From the NCBI GenBank assembly GCA_002633005.1, contig NMRA01000215.1, positions 474,852-538,851 on the forward strand: a stretch of 64,000 nt of DNA. The letters run 5' to 3'. How positions within the stretch are numbered: position 1 is the stretch's first letter; the number at the start of each line of letters is the position of its first letter. Positions 10,901 to 21,849 of this stretch are shown piece after piece. The translations under genes were made by a program, and so were the position numbers. A model generated the notes under the pieces. The model was not told the DNA's origin. It saw nothing but the letters and a program-made list of their open reading frames with translations, and did no database searches. This stretch comes from Phoronis australis. Lineage: Eukaryota > Animalia > Phoronida.

Positions 10901-13900
10901 TTATGCGAACTCAAGACGAGTGGCCATTTGTCTGTGTTTGAGCACAGTGAGGGTTTATGCATACATGTACATGTATTAGTTATTTGTCCTAGTAATTTAC
11001 ACTTAAAGCCTATCTTGAACGATAACACCTGTAAATTTGGTTCCTACACTATCTTAAGAGCATCACTCTGAGCCCACTAGTGCCACGTGGAACGAACTAC
11101 TAGGCGTATAGGCTTGCTTTTGTCTACGTCACCACGAAAATCACCTTTTAATTCAAGCAGCTGCAATAGCGTTCTATTCAGACCCCTATTCAATACAACT
11201 GTTATGGGCCTTTTTCTCATGCGTACACCCAACCTAAAATATAGGGGTGGCTCGACTTTTTAGAATGTGGACCTTTTACTAAAAATAAAACGGGGTACTA
11301 AACAAGAAAAAACGAGAAAACGTTTCCATCAGGAAGTGGACTAATGGTCTTAAATTATTTCTTACTTCATTAAAAAGTGATTTTGCGGCTTGCAGAGAAC
11401 TGATCGCTCATTATTGTATATTCTACGTATGAAATGATCCATCGTGAAAAGCTAAGCCCACGTTGTTAAGTATGATCTCATTGACGATCGAATTATCAGG
11501 TGGTAATATTGAAACTATTTTGAAGCCAACTGTAATTAGCTTAAATCAAAAGTTTTGTCTCCGTAGGTGTTTTATAGCCGTATGACATTTTTGGGACATG
11601 GTACCGCTGGTACGTTATCGTTGTACACGAAGCATACAGAATTGTGAACTCCATTACAGGTCGAGCTGTGTCGACTTGCCAACCTCCCAGACTTGAATAC
11701 GTCACACCCCTACGTACGTTCGACGCAGATGAAGTGGATTTCCGACCTTCAGAAAAAGTTTAACATTGATGGCTTCAGGGTGGACACCCCACATCTCGTA
11801 AGTTTCAGAAGGTTATTAATAATTGTCTAAAACAAGAAAAAAATATTTGTGTCTTTCATTTGACATTCTTTCAACAGCATGTGAATGTAACAGGTTCTGC
11901 AGGCAAAATATTTACACGCTTTAGTCCATTGGTTGTTTAGAATTGCCAAGTTAATATCAACTCAAATCCACACTGATCGAAACTGCGTTCGTTTAGACAA
12001 ATTGTGACAGACGGTAGAGACAAAGAGTAGATGAAAGGTGTCATTGCTGACTAAGAACATATTAAAATGATACCATACCTGATTTTGGCCTATTAACAGG
12101 TATTGAAAAAAACTTTCCTTTCCAGTTCTCTGAAACAACTTAATAGAATGCCTTTTAACCCTCTACAACAGTCAAACGTTTGGAGCAATTTCTAACTCCT
12201 TACAAAGTCTGCCAACGGTGTGACCAACGCTTTAGGCGAGATACACAACTGTAGGGAAGACCACCCACCAAAAACCAAAGTGTCCAAATTGTGATTTAAA
12301 GAGTATGAATTTTACTTAAATTTTGCCTTTATGACTCATGTGGTACACCAGTGTTGGGTTAGCACGTGGCAGAACAAGAACTTCATTGGAATGATTCGTT
12401 GGCGAAGCATTAACGTTGAACCATGGGGTAGTTCCATCCTACAATTTCTCAACGCAAATGTTTCTTGCGAGGGTGGTGGGTCTGTGAAACTCAGGCCTAG
12501 TCAAACATAAATCCCAGGATTTGGGTCAACGGTTTACTTGGTTTTAAATGTTTTGTCAGGTTTTAAGAATTGAGCAAACTATGCTGGCCGCTATTTGCAA
12601 AATATGTATAATCGTTGGCTCTTTTCTTTGTCCAGGTTGAGAAACCGTACTGGCGCGAGTTTCAGTCGGCCGCCAATGTCTTTCTTATAGGTGAGGTCAA
12701 CTACGGTGATCGAGAAAACTATACAGACTCTGCGATATACTTGAACTACATGGATTCTGTATTAAACTTCCCTCTTTACTGGGCTCTTAGGAAAGTTTTC
12801 AATGGCAACGAGACCATGAAGTTTTTGGCGGACAGTATCAAAAAGCAGGTACAGTCGTTGTGTTGCTAACTCTGTTAACTCGTAATTGAACAGCAGTTAT
12901 TCCATGCAGAAATTTCTCATCGTATCGTCCTTGACCTCGAACCGTCAAAGTGCGAGGTATGTGGACTTTTTGGGAACATTTTTGTGCTTTGATTGCGACT
13001 TTCTTGCGACGTCGCTGGAGCAGTACACCGTGAATGGTATTATAAGAAAGAACAATTGCTCATGATTTGTTGAACCCCCGTTTTGTGTAAACTTATTGAG
13101 TTACGTCTTTGATATGGACGGCTGAATGGAAGCACCCGTGGAATTTCTAGTCCCGAGTGTCATACCTTGCAGTATTATATGTAGTGTATTGCGTGATGTA
13201 ACGGTGCATTTCTGTTCCTATGTTCAGGTCCGAATCGAGTCATTATAGTGCCAGGCACGGCATCACTAAACATCCGTATGGGTAACTGCAGAATATCGCA
13301 TGGCTCCGCAATGTAATGGTATGGGGCCCGTTCCAAGAAAACTTACTCAGCTAAGACAAACCTTAAATTTCAGTCAATTTTAAATCGTTCCTATAATAAA
13401 TTTTTGCCCTTTTGAGGTTTTATACAGTGTTTAATAATTCTATAACATAAAATCTAACTAAAGAACCACTTATTTGGGGGATAATTGAGGAATTTTAAGT
13501 TTTAAAGAAAAAATAATGATTTTTTTTGGTTTCCCGCCACTTGATGTCATCGGGGAAACACGTTGACCCATCTACAGCATGTGTACAATGGCGAATAGTA
13601 GAGTTTTATGAGTGAAGAAGACTTAGAGAGCGAGTTTGGCGAGTATTTCTTAGAAAGGGGCGATGACGACTCAGAAAATAAATTACACCTAGCCATATCG
13701 ACAGACTGTGTTTGAGGCCATACTAACTGGATCCTCTTGCACCGGCGTCTTCGGCGAATGCAGCCGAGTTGGAGCCTACCATGTCTGTGGACGGTCCTGA
13801 TTTCAGGGATGGCATTTCTGGGTTGAAATGATTGCCTTTTGTTGAATCACGATTTAGATTTCTAATAATGCATAATATGTTTATGTCTTGAACTGTAAAT

Positions 13901-16900
13901 CTATAACCAAAATTTTACCCTGATTGTCGAAGCCCACTCGTGAACGTTGCGGCCACTGGATTGCATTTCTTCGAATGCCGAGGGGGTTTATCAGGAACCA
14001 TAAAATCTAATTATTGTGATGCTAAGTGGATTTTGTTTCTGGTAAATCATACTCGGTTCCATCTTGTCTGTTCCAAATTGACGAAAGCTTTGTACCGTTG
14101 TGTTTAGTCGATTATTTCGGTAGAGTGCCAGATTGCTGCCTCTGTGCCGGCTGCGGCGGTCATGACCTCTAACTATTTAAGTGGCATGTACATTCCATTT
14201 TCTACTACAGGACATTGACGGATATGTGGATAGTATATGCATTCCAACAATATATCGAACAAGAATAGACTGACAAAATTTTCTTACTACAATCACATTC
14301 ATTGTCTCAGTCACAGTTTTGATGCTGAGGCTAATACTCAATATGTGCTTGACAACCACGTTCCAGCTATGGTACAATACAGAGCATCGTTTTTGTCCAC
14401 CAACACTCATCAAATGGGCTCACAGGCTGGAGAAAACATCAAATCTCCATTTCTGCGACGTGCCTAAACAAGATTCTTCAAAATGAGCTGAGCATTGCGT
14501 GGCCTCCAGTGAACCGGTTGCTTGCTCTGCCGTGTCCTGCCATACTGGCCTTGTCCGACGCACGAACCTGTGCCATTTCTGGGCTATCTTAGGACCTTAT
14601 GGGGACAGATAAACTGAAATGTTGTTCTTTGTCCGACTTTTCTTACTGCATCCTCTGCACACTCGCCATTTCATTATACCCGTCTCAACCTCAGTCTCCA
14701 GCTATATTCGTTTCTTTTCGGCCACTCCCACTCACGACTGGTGTAGAACAACTGACGGTGGCGGAGACCGAAGTACCACTGGTGGCGTCACACAAACTTT
14801 CAATCTTTTTAAATTTTGCGTTTATTTCTTGATTAAAAATATACAAATTGCAGTAGAATTACTTAAAATATCGTACCAAAATTGTTGGTAACCGAGTCCA
14901 AGCATCTATGACGTGGGAAGGGTTTAAGATAAAGTTTAAATATTGTATGTCTCAAGATCTTAATTTTACTTAATTTTTGACCATTTTAACGGATGTGGAA
15001 GGTAAGGCAAATCTTAAAATTAAGCCAAAATGAACTTAAGTCAGGATCAATGGCCTACAAAGCCACTACGCGCACTCACTGGTGTGTTATGTTTTAGCGT
15101 GAAGCCTTCAAAGAAGATATGGATATTCTTGGGGTTTTCGTCGACAACCACGACCACGAGCGCTTTCTTCACTTCACACCAGATGCTGTTTTATTAAAAA
15201 ACGCGCTGTCTTACGTCATGATCACTCAAGTAAGCGTTGGCTTCCCGTGATTAAGCTTTGCAACATTTCTGTCTGGGACCACCAGATTTCTATCAATCGT
15301 TTTAGTTCTAGTTACTGGTGGTGCAGTCAGTGAGATTGATAAACTGTAGTACCAGGAAGAGATAAGCACCCAGGTTATTTCATTCTGGTGGTACTTACAT
15401 TTTTTGTTCATGACAGGTATTTATGTTTGGAACTACAAATATTTTCAGTTGGGCAACGGTAATAAAGTTAGTCGTGCCTATTGTAGGGGATCCCGGGCAT
15501 ATATTATGGCACAGAGCAAGCGTTCAAGGGTGCTGGGGATCCGCAGAATCGAGAGTCTCTCTGGCCTCATTATAACACTTCGTCGGATCTGTACAAGGTA
15601 GTTTTATATACAACTGATTACTAGTCGAACTGGCTACTCCGATGTTCTCTTTGCTCATACAACTCAAAGTCTGATCAAAGCACGTTCCAATGTAGTGAAT
15701 AACGAATATAAATATATAAGGCTAGCTGGTCCCATTATTCTCCGGTAAAAACAACTGCAAGGTCATCAGATGCAGAAAGAGCATGTAAATACCACTAACA
15801 AACACAGTTTTGTTATGTTCAACACTGTCAAGCACTTTTGTATAGAAATAGCTAGAGCCTCATACAATGTACTTACATGAACCGTAGTTTTTATTGTCAG
15901 CTGAGAATGACATCATAGAACTAATCAGGCCGATCTGTTCTCATGATGGAGCGATTTAATTTTCACCTATACTATTTGAACTGTGTGTTGGATTCTATCA
16001 TTTCTGGTTAACAGTTTATCAAAATTTTGAGTGACTATCGATTGGGAAACAACTTTCCCATAGACGGGATTCAAGAAGAGATATATGCCTTCCAGTCAAA
16101 GATGGTGATCGGTCGAGTGGATGCTGCAGGGAGAAAGGTCTGTGTTTTCTTTTTTTAAGCGCATATGTTATTGTATCTGTGTACTGCCTGTAGTGTAGCT
16201 GATGATGACATTGTGGAGTAAGAAAACTTCGGAATATGAATCATAGCGTCTGGTTTTATGTTATTTAACTTTCTGCAGACCATCTGGCCAAGAATTGACA
16301 TTATACATTTTACTGAAAATATCTTGTGTAATATTGCTTTAGAAGGACGTTTTACGCTATCCTGATTAACTTCTACTTAGGTTACGTTCCGTGATGTACG
16401 GAGCTCATAGAACTGCAATCGAAGTAGTGGTAACATCTACTATCTTGCATTGAGTTCTCTCTTCCTCTTAATAGGAAGAACGGAAGCGGATTGGTGTGTG
16501 CGCAAATTTGAAGCCCTGACCAACCCAACACCTTGGGCAACGGGGGAAATACCTAAATGATGAAAAACCTTACCGCCGGTAATGCTATACGGCATTGTTT
16601 TGGATACTCACCCGATCCATACACCGTAACACGGTTGGAGGTGTAACTGAAAAAGTTTCTTCAACAGCTTTCACCTCTGTGCATGCTATACCGTTCAACA
16701 ATTCAATGTTACCAGCGAAGTCGTGACTGTCTTACGAGATCAATAAACTCGCTCCTTGAAAGTGGCGGTCCAAGAATGTCTTGCGGTAAACCACATGAGT
16801 TCAATCTCATGAAGTCAGTCATGGCATTGCTGCCACCCGGTCACCAATAACGTTGAATTGTTTGATAGCGTAGCACGTCCTATAAACGCACTGCATACGC

Positions 16901-18237
16901 ACGGATGAAGGTTGTCACGGTAACCCTTTCAGTCACATCTTTAACCGTATTGAAAATGGTTGTTAATGTCAGGACGAAATGCGGATCGGAACCATTAACG
17001 CCAAAGGAATAGGCCTTACGAAAATATTATTCGCAAACAACTGCTTCTCTCTTTAGCTCATTGCTGTGATAAGAAAGTCACGAAATGGCGGACAACTGGT
17101 TTTGGCAGGGAAGAGCAGGGAAAAGTACAACTCGGACAAAAACAGAAGTAAGTTCAACGCTTATTGACATGAACGATGGCAGACATACACGATTACGTGT
17201 GCGGCCATTCACGTGATGTAGACAGGTCACTGTCAGTAACAGGGTATATTTTTCTGGCTCGTGTCTCACATTGATTTATCGTATGGGAACAGAATGGTGA
17301 CCAATTAGTGTACGTGATTTTGGCACGAGAAGAATTGGAATGGCGTGAATAGAGACCTATCAATAGTATACTATGCACTGAGGTGAAGCTTATTGCTGCT
17401 TCAGTTTCCACCAGATTTTTAACCAAAATTCTTACCCTTAAACTTCCGATGAAAAGACAGCCAGCGTCAAATATAGGATGAATTGCAAAACTGACACTTA
17501 TCATCCCCAAACCACCACTCCCCTGTCACATGAATCAACACTAGATTCGAAAAGCCAATTTTGTACAGATGAAAGAAATGTGGTCCAAAAGAGCCGCCTG
17601 CACCCACCCAATCAGATAATTTTGGGATTGTGAATGGTTTGACGACTACCTGAAGTCAAAGCAATGTAATAATGTTGCAGGTAGCCTCTTTGAGCAAAAG
17701 GAAAACTACAGGCCATCGTAGTGGACTTTTTTGCCTCACAGTATGTTCACGAGCACAAGTGCACCAGATTCTTTGAATCTACTTGCAATCTTGTCTTGAA
17801 AACTGCCCTCTCGGCTACAGTCTACACTATACAATGCCACCTAGCCGGACCTAAAGCGAACCAGTCGGATGCCTCTTATGGAATGTGTACTATTCAACGA
17901 GTCTGTGGCAGTTGAAATTTCATAAAAACTGTCACCAACCCAAATATTTATATTTTGCCATTATGTTCAAGTTCTTTGCTGAGACCTGCTCAAATTTCAC
18001 GAAATGTCTGTTTTCCAAGATCGACTTCACTGAACTAGGCCTGACACAATCATGTTCTCTAATTACGATATGTTTCCTGTTATACAGTTTACGTGAATGT
18101 CTTCAACTCTTCCGATACAATGGTTGTGGGAAACGGTGCGTTTGGAAGCGGACAAATACATTTGAAAATGGCAGACACAGGCCTTCCTCTCATCTACGAG
18201 TTGAGGGATAAACCGACTGCAAAGCCGCCTAGTGCAG
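1816..18237 (+). CDS. Alpha-amylase, glycoside hydrolase family 13, fungal/Dictyostelium type (GH13_1-like); spliced gene span of 11 coding exons, about 502 aa plus an uncertain C-terminal tail
   Basis: Join 1816-1917, 3065-3188, 5895-6063, 10207-10360, 11660-11797, 12636-12848, 15098-15229, 15487-15597, 16015-16137, 17057-17147, 18088-18237. All introns are GT-AG and phase-compatible. Signal peptide; motifs YQILTDRF, GGTFKGI, AIWISP, YHGYW, DVVANH, LPDL, GFRVD (nucleophile), GEV (acid/base), FVDNHD, GIPGIYYGTEQ, NRESLW. Confidence 0.93.
3065..3188 (+). CDS. Alpha-amylase exon 2
   Basis: tttccatag|ILTDRFSHTDTDPEQQCSDLRSFCGGTFKGIQKRLDYITGL(G)|gtaagt. Confidence 0.93.
5895..6063 (+). CDS. Alpha-amylase exon 3
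   Basis: ttttag|(G)ANAIWISPVVENTPGGYHGYWAKNIFKINPHFGTEDDLKELIAECHKRDVWVMVD(V)|gtaagc. Confidence 0.95.
6315..6436. repeat. Small inverted-repeat (hairpin or MITE-like) element
   Basis: Perfect 19 bp inverted repeat TAGATGAAGTAATATCCCA (6320-6338) / TGGGATATTACTTCATCTA (6414-6432). Confidence 0.6.
6513..6673 (+). repeat. Left TIR of the Kolobok element
   Basis: AGGCAAAGGCAACCTTTTTCCATGTCATTTTGAGC...; reverse complement of 8051-8208 apart from one extra GGTT unit and a few changes in the inner third. Confidence 0.95.
6850..7245 (+). CDS. KolX-like accessory protein (Cys-rich, P2X7 C-terminal ballast-like), truncated; about 30 C-terminal aa come from antisense transposase sequence
   Basis: AAAATGGC start; acidic N-terminus, GYIFEPEY, then WCKCTMCVVMPTSMECLCCSE (WCxCxxCxxMxTxxExxCC); family resemblance stops near 7155. 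Confidence 0.75.
   Translation: MAGVGDPYHSDSSVSDGDLVHSSGDEEFFHGHSVGGYIFEPEYNEAEYAQAQGAVERPDAASEDRRGDTSWCKCTMCVVMPTSMECLCCSEFDEAKPLLDMVKWTSGIPRTDEQLFHLPECPATHFLWMVT
6936..7943 (-). CDS. THAP-domain transposase N-terminal part (about 263 native aa, DDE core deleted; about 72 aa read through antisense KolX)
   Basis: Complete C2CH THAP (CCVPGCSN..LHRFP..W..VCGKHF..LKKDAIPSV), Ser-rich linker, KFIVDLSKVLELFRRCQVC..C..GH..W..S zinc motif typical of Kolobok transposases. Confidence 0.88.
   Translation of the reverse strand: MPHCCCVPGCSNYRLTRALGVPLHRFPMDDTLRRTWLVRVKNAALPVHATYKAVENYRVCGKHFLPSDYERDLYAELMKVPAKQRLKKDAIPSVLIPGSAPSPPPRSAFLKREASRAVASTVTGASGGTSSTVTRASERTPERAIPGTSSDSPCAVFSSPEPLSSPAAILSSGSDYRLSSTPSEEDSSSSSEQIGEPNFDKFIVDLSKVLELFRRCQVCGDGVTRHGVSSLGAQVTIQRKCVAGHSGKWNSCSSVRGMPEVHLTMSSSGLASSNSEQHKHSIEVGITTHIVHLHQDVSPRLSSEAASGLSTAPCACAYSASLYSGSKMYPPTECP
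8051..8208 (-). repeat. Right TIR of the Kolobok element
   Basis: Ends ...GGAAAAAGGTTGCCTTTGCCT|TTAA. Confidence 0.95.
10207..10360 (+). CDS. Alpha-amylase exon 4
   Basis: atgcag|(V)VANHMGYPGSCNWTDTCTDAQLQDYHDFVPFNETEHYHSLCHIRNWNNQTE|gttagc; completes CSR-I DVVANH. Confidence 0.92.
11660..11797 (+). CDS. Alpha-amylase exon 5 (catalytic nucleophile Asp)
   Basis: ttacag|VELCRLANLPDLNTSHPYVRSTQMKWISDLQKKFNIDGFRVDTPHL|gtaagt. Confidence 0.94.
12636..12848 (+). CDS. Alpha-amylase exon 6 (catalytic Glu)
   Basis: tttgtccag|VEKPYWREFQSAANVFLIGEVNYGDRENYTDSAIYLNYMDSVLNFPLYWALRKVFNGNETMKFLADSIKKQ|gtacag. Confidence 0.93.
13326..13661. mobile_element. Degenerate MITE (Harbinger-like ends)
   Basis: Imperfect inverted ends GCCCGTTCCAAGAAAACTTACTC / GAGTATTTCTTAGAAAGGGGC. 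Confidence 0.4.
14420..14674 (-). pseudogene. Decayed THAP-domain (transposase-like) gene in amylase intron 6
   Basis: Manual translation MKWRVCRGCSKKSRTKNNISVYLSP*GPKIAQKWHRFVRRTRPVWQDTAEQATGSLEATQCSAHFEESCL...; in-frame stop at 14599-14597; first Zn-binding Cys apparently lost. Confidence 0.7.
15098..15229 (+). CDS. Alpha-amylase exon 7 (CSR-IV, second catalytic Asp)
   Basis: gttttag|REAFKEDMDILGVFVDNHDHERFLHFTPDAVLLKNALSYVMITQ|gtaagc. Confidence 0.94.
15487..15597 (+). CDS. Alpha-amylase exon 8
   Basis: ttgtag|GIPGIYYGTEQAFKGAGDPQNRESLWPHYNTSSDLYK|gtagtt. Confidence 0.94.
16015..16137 (+). CDS. Alpha-amylase exon 9 (start of domain C)
   Basis: ttaacag|FIKILSDYRLGNNFPIDGIQEEIYAFQSKMVIGRVDAAGRK|gtctgt; follows the DLYK-FI pattern of GH13_1. 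Confidence 0.82.
16631..16948. mobile_element. Foldback-like MITE
   Basis: Long imperfect inverted arms ACGGTTGGAGGTGTAACTGAAA...CAAACAATTCAATGTTA / TAACGTTGAATTGTTTGA...TTTCAGTCACATCTTTAACCGT. Confidence 0.55.
17057..17147 (+). CDS. Alpha-amylase exon 10
   Basis: cttctctctttag|LIAVIRKSRNGGQLVLAGKSREKYNSDKNR|gtaagt; phase 0 to 1 bridges exons 9 and 11. Confidence 0.72.
17320..17800 (+). pseudogene. DIRS-like retrotransposon RNase H and downstream-region relic
   Basis: Frameshifted motifs in the expected order: AREELEW, TT..SH/MNQ..KEMW, GIVNGL(x)DYL, VDFFAS...HKCTRFF. Confidence 0.5.
18088..18237 (+). CDS. Alpha-amylase exon 11 (end of domain C plus Pro-rich linker); 3' boundary uncertain
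   Basis: ttatacag|(I)YVNVFNSSDTMVVGNGAFGSGQIHLKMADTGLPLIYELRDKPTAKPPSA; possible donors after 18237 or 18252, or read-through to the stop at 18356. Confidence 0.75.
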
Positions 18238-19869
18238 GTTCGACTGGAACATGTGCGTATTGTTATTGTTTGTACCTTTTGACTCTAACTCAGTTTCGTG
18301 TCCATTTTGAATTAACTCTGTCAAGCGGGGATGGATCTCGGAGTCACTTTCTGTAACGAAAGAAAATTTAATAATAATTAGTTAAACGTTGCCAAGGTCA
18401 AGCCTCCAGTGCGCTATTGGCTTCGTACAAGCCAAAAATAAGTCGTTTCTGACTACCTTCTTTGGAAAGTTATGGGTTCACTTAACTGATGGATGTCGCA
18501 CAAAATCTGCACAATTTCTACGAACTAACAGCAGCGTGAGGGTGGGATAATAAATGTGTTGCCACCACCCAGCGGACATCAGGTTGCTTAATGTCATTTG
18601 TTTGAGTAACGAATAATGAGAATAGACCGGAGTCGTCTAACTTATGCTATGTCACTAGTATAGGCCTACCTTTTTGACAGCGCCCTCTCTGGAGGAGACT
18701 GGCCCTGTGAAACGATGCTGAAAGATGCAAAGAAATCCGCTCCCATATCAGTGCTGCACTTGTTGTTCAAATTTTTCAAAAATGCATGAGTCGTAAATGA
18801 GAAGGACAAAGACACCGAATCGTTTTGCTGTCTTATTTTAAAAGTATTTCTTACTTTGTGTAGAGCACGAAAACAAGAACTCGTGTGGAATGCAACCGTT
18901 TAGCCTGTATTTTTCGGAAGTTGCCGCGACTCACAATAGGATTTTGAATTATTTCTCATTAGACAGAGTAGTATGTTAATGCATGTCTCAATATCCTAGC
19001 AATTGGAGTGTGCAAGTGTTATTCTCCAACCTACAAATCACAAATTCACTGAAAGAGGCTATTTTGTAACGTTCATGGCTGATCCAGATTTTCACGGGCG
19101 CTTCCGAAGCAATTCCGTAGCTTTGTTTTCGCGCTCCCACGAATGTTATTTGAGTGCCCTCCACATAATTTAGTGTCAATTTGAATTATTTTAACTCTGG
19201 TTTTGTAAAATAACGTTGTTTATAACCGAAGAACCTCGGGTTGCTGGCTACTAACGTAGGCCTACTGCGAAATCCGGCAGTTGCCGATAGGTGATTTCCC
19301 GTGACTAAACGTGCGGTCAGACATCGGAAATCTCCGCCAGAAACCGAGCTCTCGTTGTGCTTCAACCAGTAGTAGCACATAACGGTCAAGATCAAAACGC
19401 AATATACGCCAGTTTTTGCATTTGAATTCTAGGTTAAGTGATATGATGAGCTGTAAGAAGAAGCAAATTACAGATAAGTAGAAGGCTAATTTTAAGGAAC
19501 CTCAATCGTTTAAATTGGGAACAAATTTCTTCACTTTGACATAGGGTTTGCTTGTCCAAACTCGAAATTTTGTCTACAAGTTAAAGGACAAATGAAATCC
19601 TTGAATTCAAAGTTTTACGGTTGTTTTGGAAATTCCCTCGCCAATTCACCACTCACAATGGCAATTTTATGGGATGAAGGGAAGATCAGGCTTAGGAGGT
19701 TTATGTATTATCATTTCTAAGGGCGGTACACGTAGATTTTATTTTGATTTAGGACAGTTGAAGTTGGGAGTCTAAGCTCGGCAAAGTTTTAGTGTCAACC
19801 TTTATGTTTCTTATGTGGTTATGAGTTATTGGGAAATTCGCCTGCCTGTGGATGACTGTAATGTATAAT

Positions 19870-19987
19870 CCTATTTTGCACTTGATGACCTCAGCATTAA
19901 AGCTATATATTTGAGTCTGATCTCGAAATCTCTTGTTCTTATTCGAGTTTGTAGCACGAATTTAGGGGTCATCGAGTGCGAACTGGG
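19870..19987. mobile_element. Short MITE, same family as 32442-32585 in the opposite orientation
   Basis: Ends TTTGCACTTGATGACC / GGTCATCGAGTGCGAA; shared internal CTCAGCATTAAAG and GAGTTTGTAG segments. Confidence 0.55.
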
Positions 19988-21849
19988 ACTGCACAGTAAT
20001 CCATGGAAAATTTAAGCACACAATTTTGATAGTTATATTGAGTTCGTTTTAAAGGAGAACGGATTTTGATTGAAAAGATTCGACACCGTTCCCAGACGAA
20101 AGCAAACCTGCATCTAGCCAATACCCAGCTCTTAAAACAGCCTGAAGTTTCATCGCAGGTCTTTTCACCGCTTGCTGAAATGGATATAAGCCAAAAGAAT
20201 GCGAGGGAAATTTTTGTTAACTGTGCTAGTACTGAGAAAATCAAATTAGCTTGACACGTTTAGAAAACCGCAAACGGTCTTACCAGTTATATTTCGCCTC
20301 TTTTTACCTTCCTCTAACAATAACGAAAACGAATCAAATTGTCTGCCATCTTGTGAGCTCAGCTTTTGACCTTTATGCCATCCAATTAGCCCAGTGAATG
20401 CTTTAGTCCATGAGCTCAACCGTAGGTTAAAAATGCAAATGGCGGATTGACAAGAGAAAAGTAAAAAGTCGAATCTTCGAGTGAATAAGTTCTTTCGAAG
20501 TGTAGTTATATTCGCTGTATTATTTCTTAAGATAAATGAGTTAACGCAATCGCAATTTCGACGCATGGTGGTTAATGTTTGACCTGCAATTCGAGTGTGA
20601 TGTATATGGCACTTGATTCTACACATTCATTGCGCGGACTTCCAACCCTTTTACTATTTAAGGGTTGGTTAGTTAACGACTATGTTTTCAATACGCGTCA
20701 TGTGCGTGAACTTTAGCGCGTGCGCCTGCTCAGAACACGTAGCCTCTTGCAATAGCATTGACATAAACCAAATGACGTTTGTCGAATGTTTCGCATGAAA
20801 AATGACCGTTATATGACGCAAAACGTGATATCGTTCCCAATATATAGTCGATTGTTCTTGCACAGTCCATTCTGAGCATCTATTTGAAGTTTTTTTTTAA
20901 CTCTCCAGCTACACTTTGGGTAAAAAACTGCTCACTAACTGACTGGAGGTGTGATCGACATACGTCGAAAGCCGAAACGTAGCCTCCTTCCACGAATTAC
21001 TTTGCTCCGTCGTGGTTGTTGTCGCATTTTGCTCACACAACCGAGGTTCTTGTGTCTACGAAACTTTACCCTGATAAACCATCCAATCGCATAACTACAA
21101 TAAATCACATTTTGTTTTTGTTTTGTGTGTTGCGCTGAATACTCATCTGCGCGTCTTACATTTGTCCAGTGTTTGCTTGTAACGAGACCTATCATTATTT
21201 CCATAACTTCAAAAATTTCAAATATATTCTAGGTGTTTCATCTTTCCTTGGCACCGGTCAACTTTGTCTACTGTGTATCTGGACATTTGCTGTGAAGTCT
21301 GTGTTTTAATAGGTATGTACATATACAGGCTTACATCTCTCGCCTAGTAACGTTATTTTGCACACCGTCCTGGTCACACAAAGGTTCTTACAGATGTTTA
21401 AACATGTGGACCAAAGCTTCGCCACCTTACTCCATTATTGTTCCGACCTTGTGGAAATATTGAAGTTGGCCTAAATTATCGAAGATTTGGTTGGTATATT
21501 TTTGTATCAAGTAATTCACCCGTATAAATGATTTTGTCGCTTAGGACGGAAGTTTCCGAGTGAGTCCTCTCTTTTGACTTTTTCTAAGTTATCGAGGAGC
21601 TCTTGTGAAGTTTTTGATTAGTGCACTAGATTGTAGCAAGAAAAAGTATTGTGTATAACCTCAAAAAAGTTAACATGTACCACGCGATTTATAAGCGAAA
21701 GAGGCTGAAAATGTATTGCATAAAAAGTCCATTTGCTTTTGCATTACATTCTGTGATGCATCCATGTCGCTAAGGTGTGTAGAAAACTCAACACCCTTTT
21801 GGTATGCCATTGGTTTGCGATGCTATGCTGGACCTGCAGATGGCCTAGT

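Noticed and set aside
1816-18237. Fungal contamination or recent horizontal transfer as the source of the amylase
   Set aside because: Kilobase introns filled with animal-type transposons and contiguity with a metazoan amine GPCR indicate a long-resident gene.
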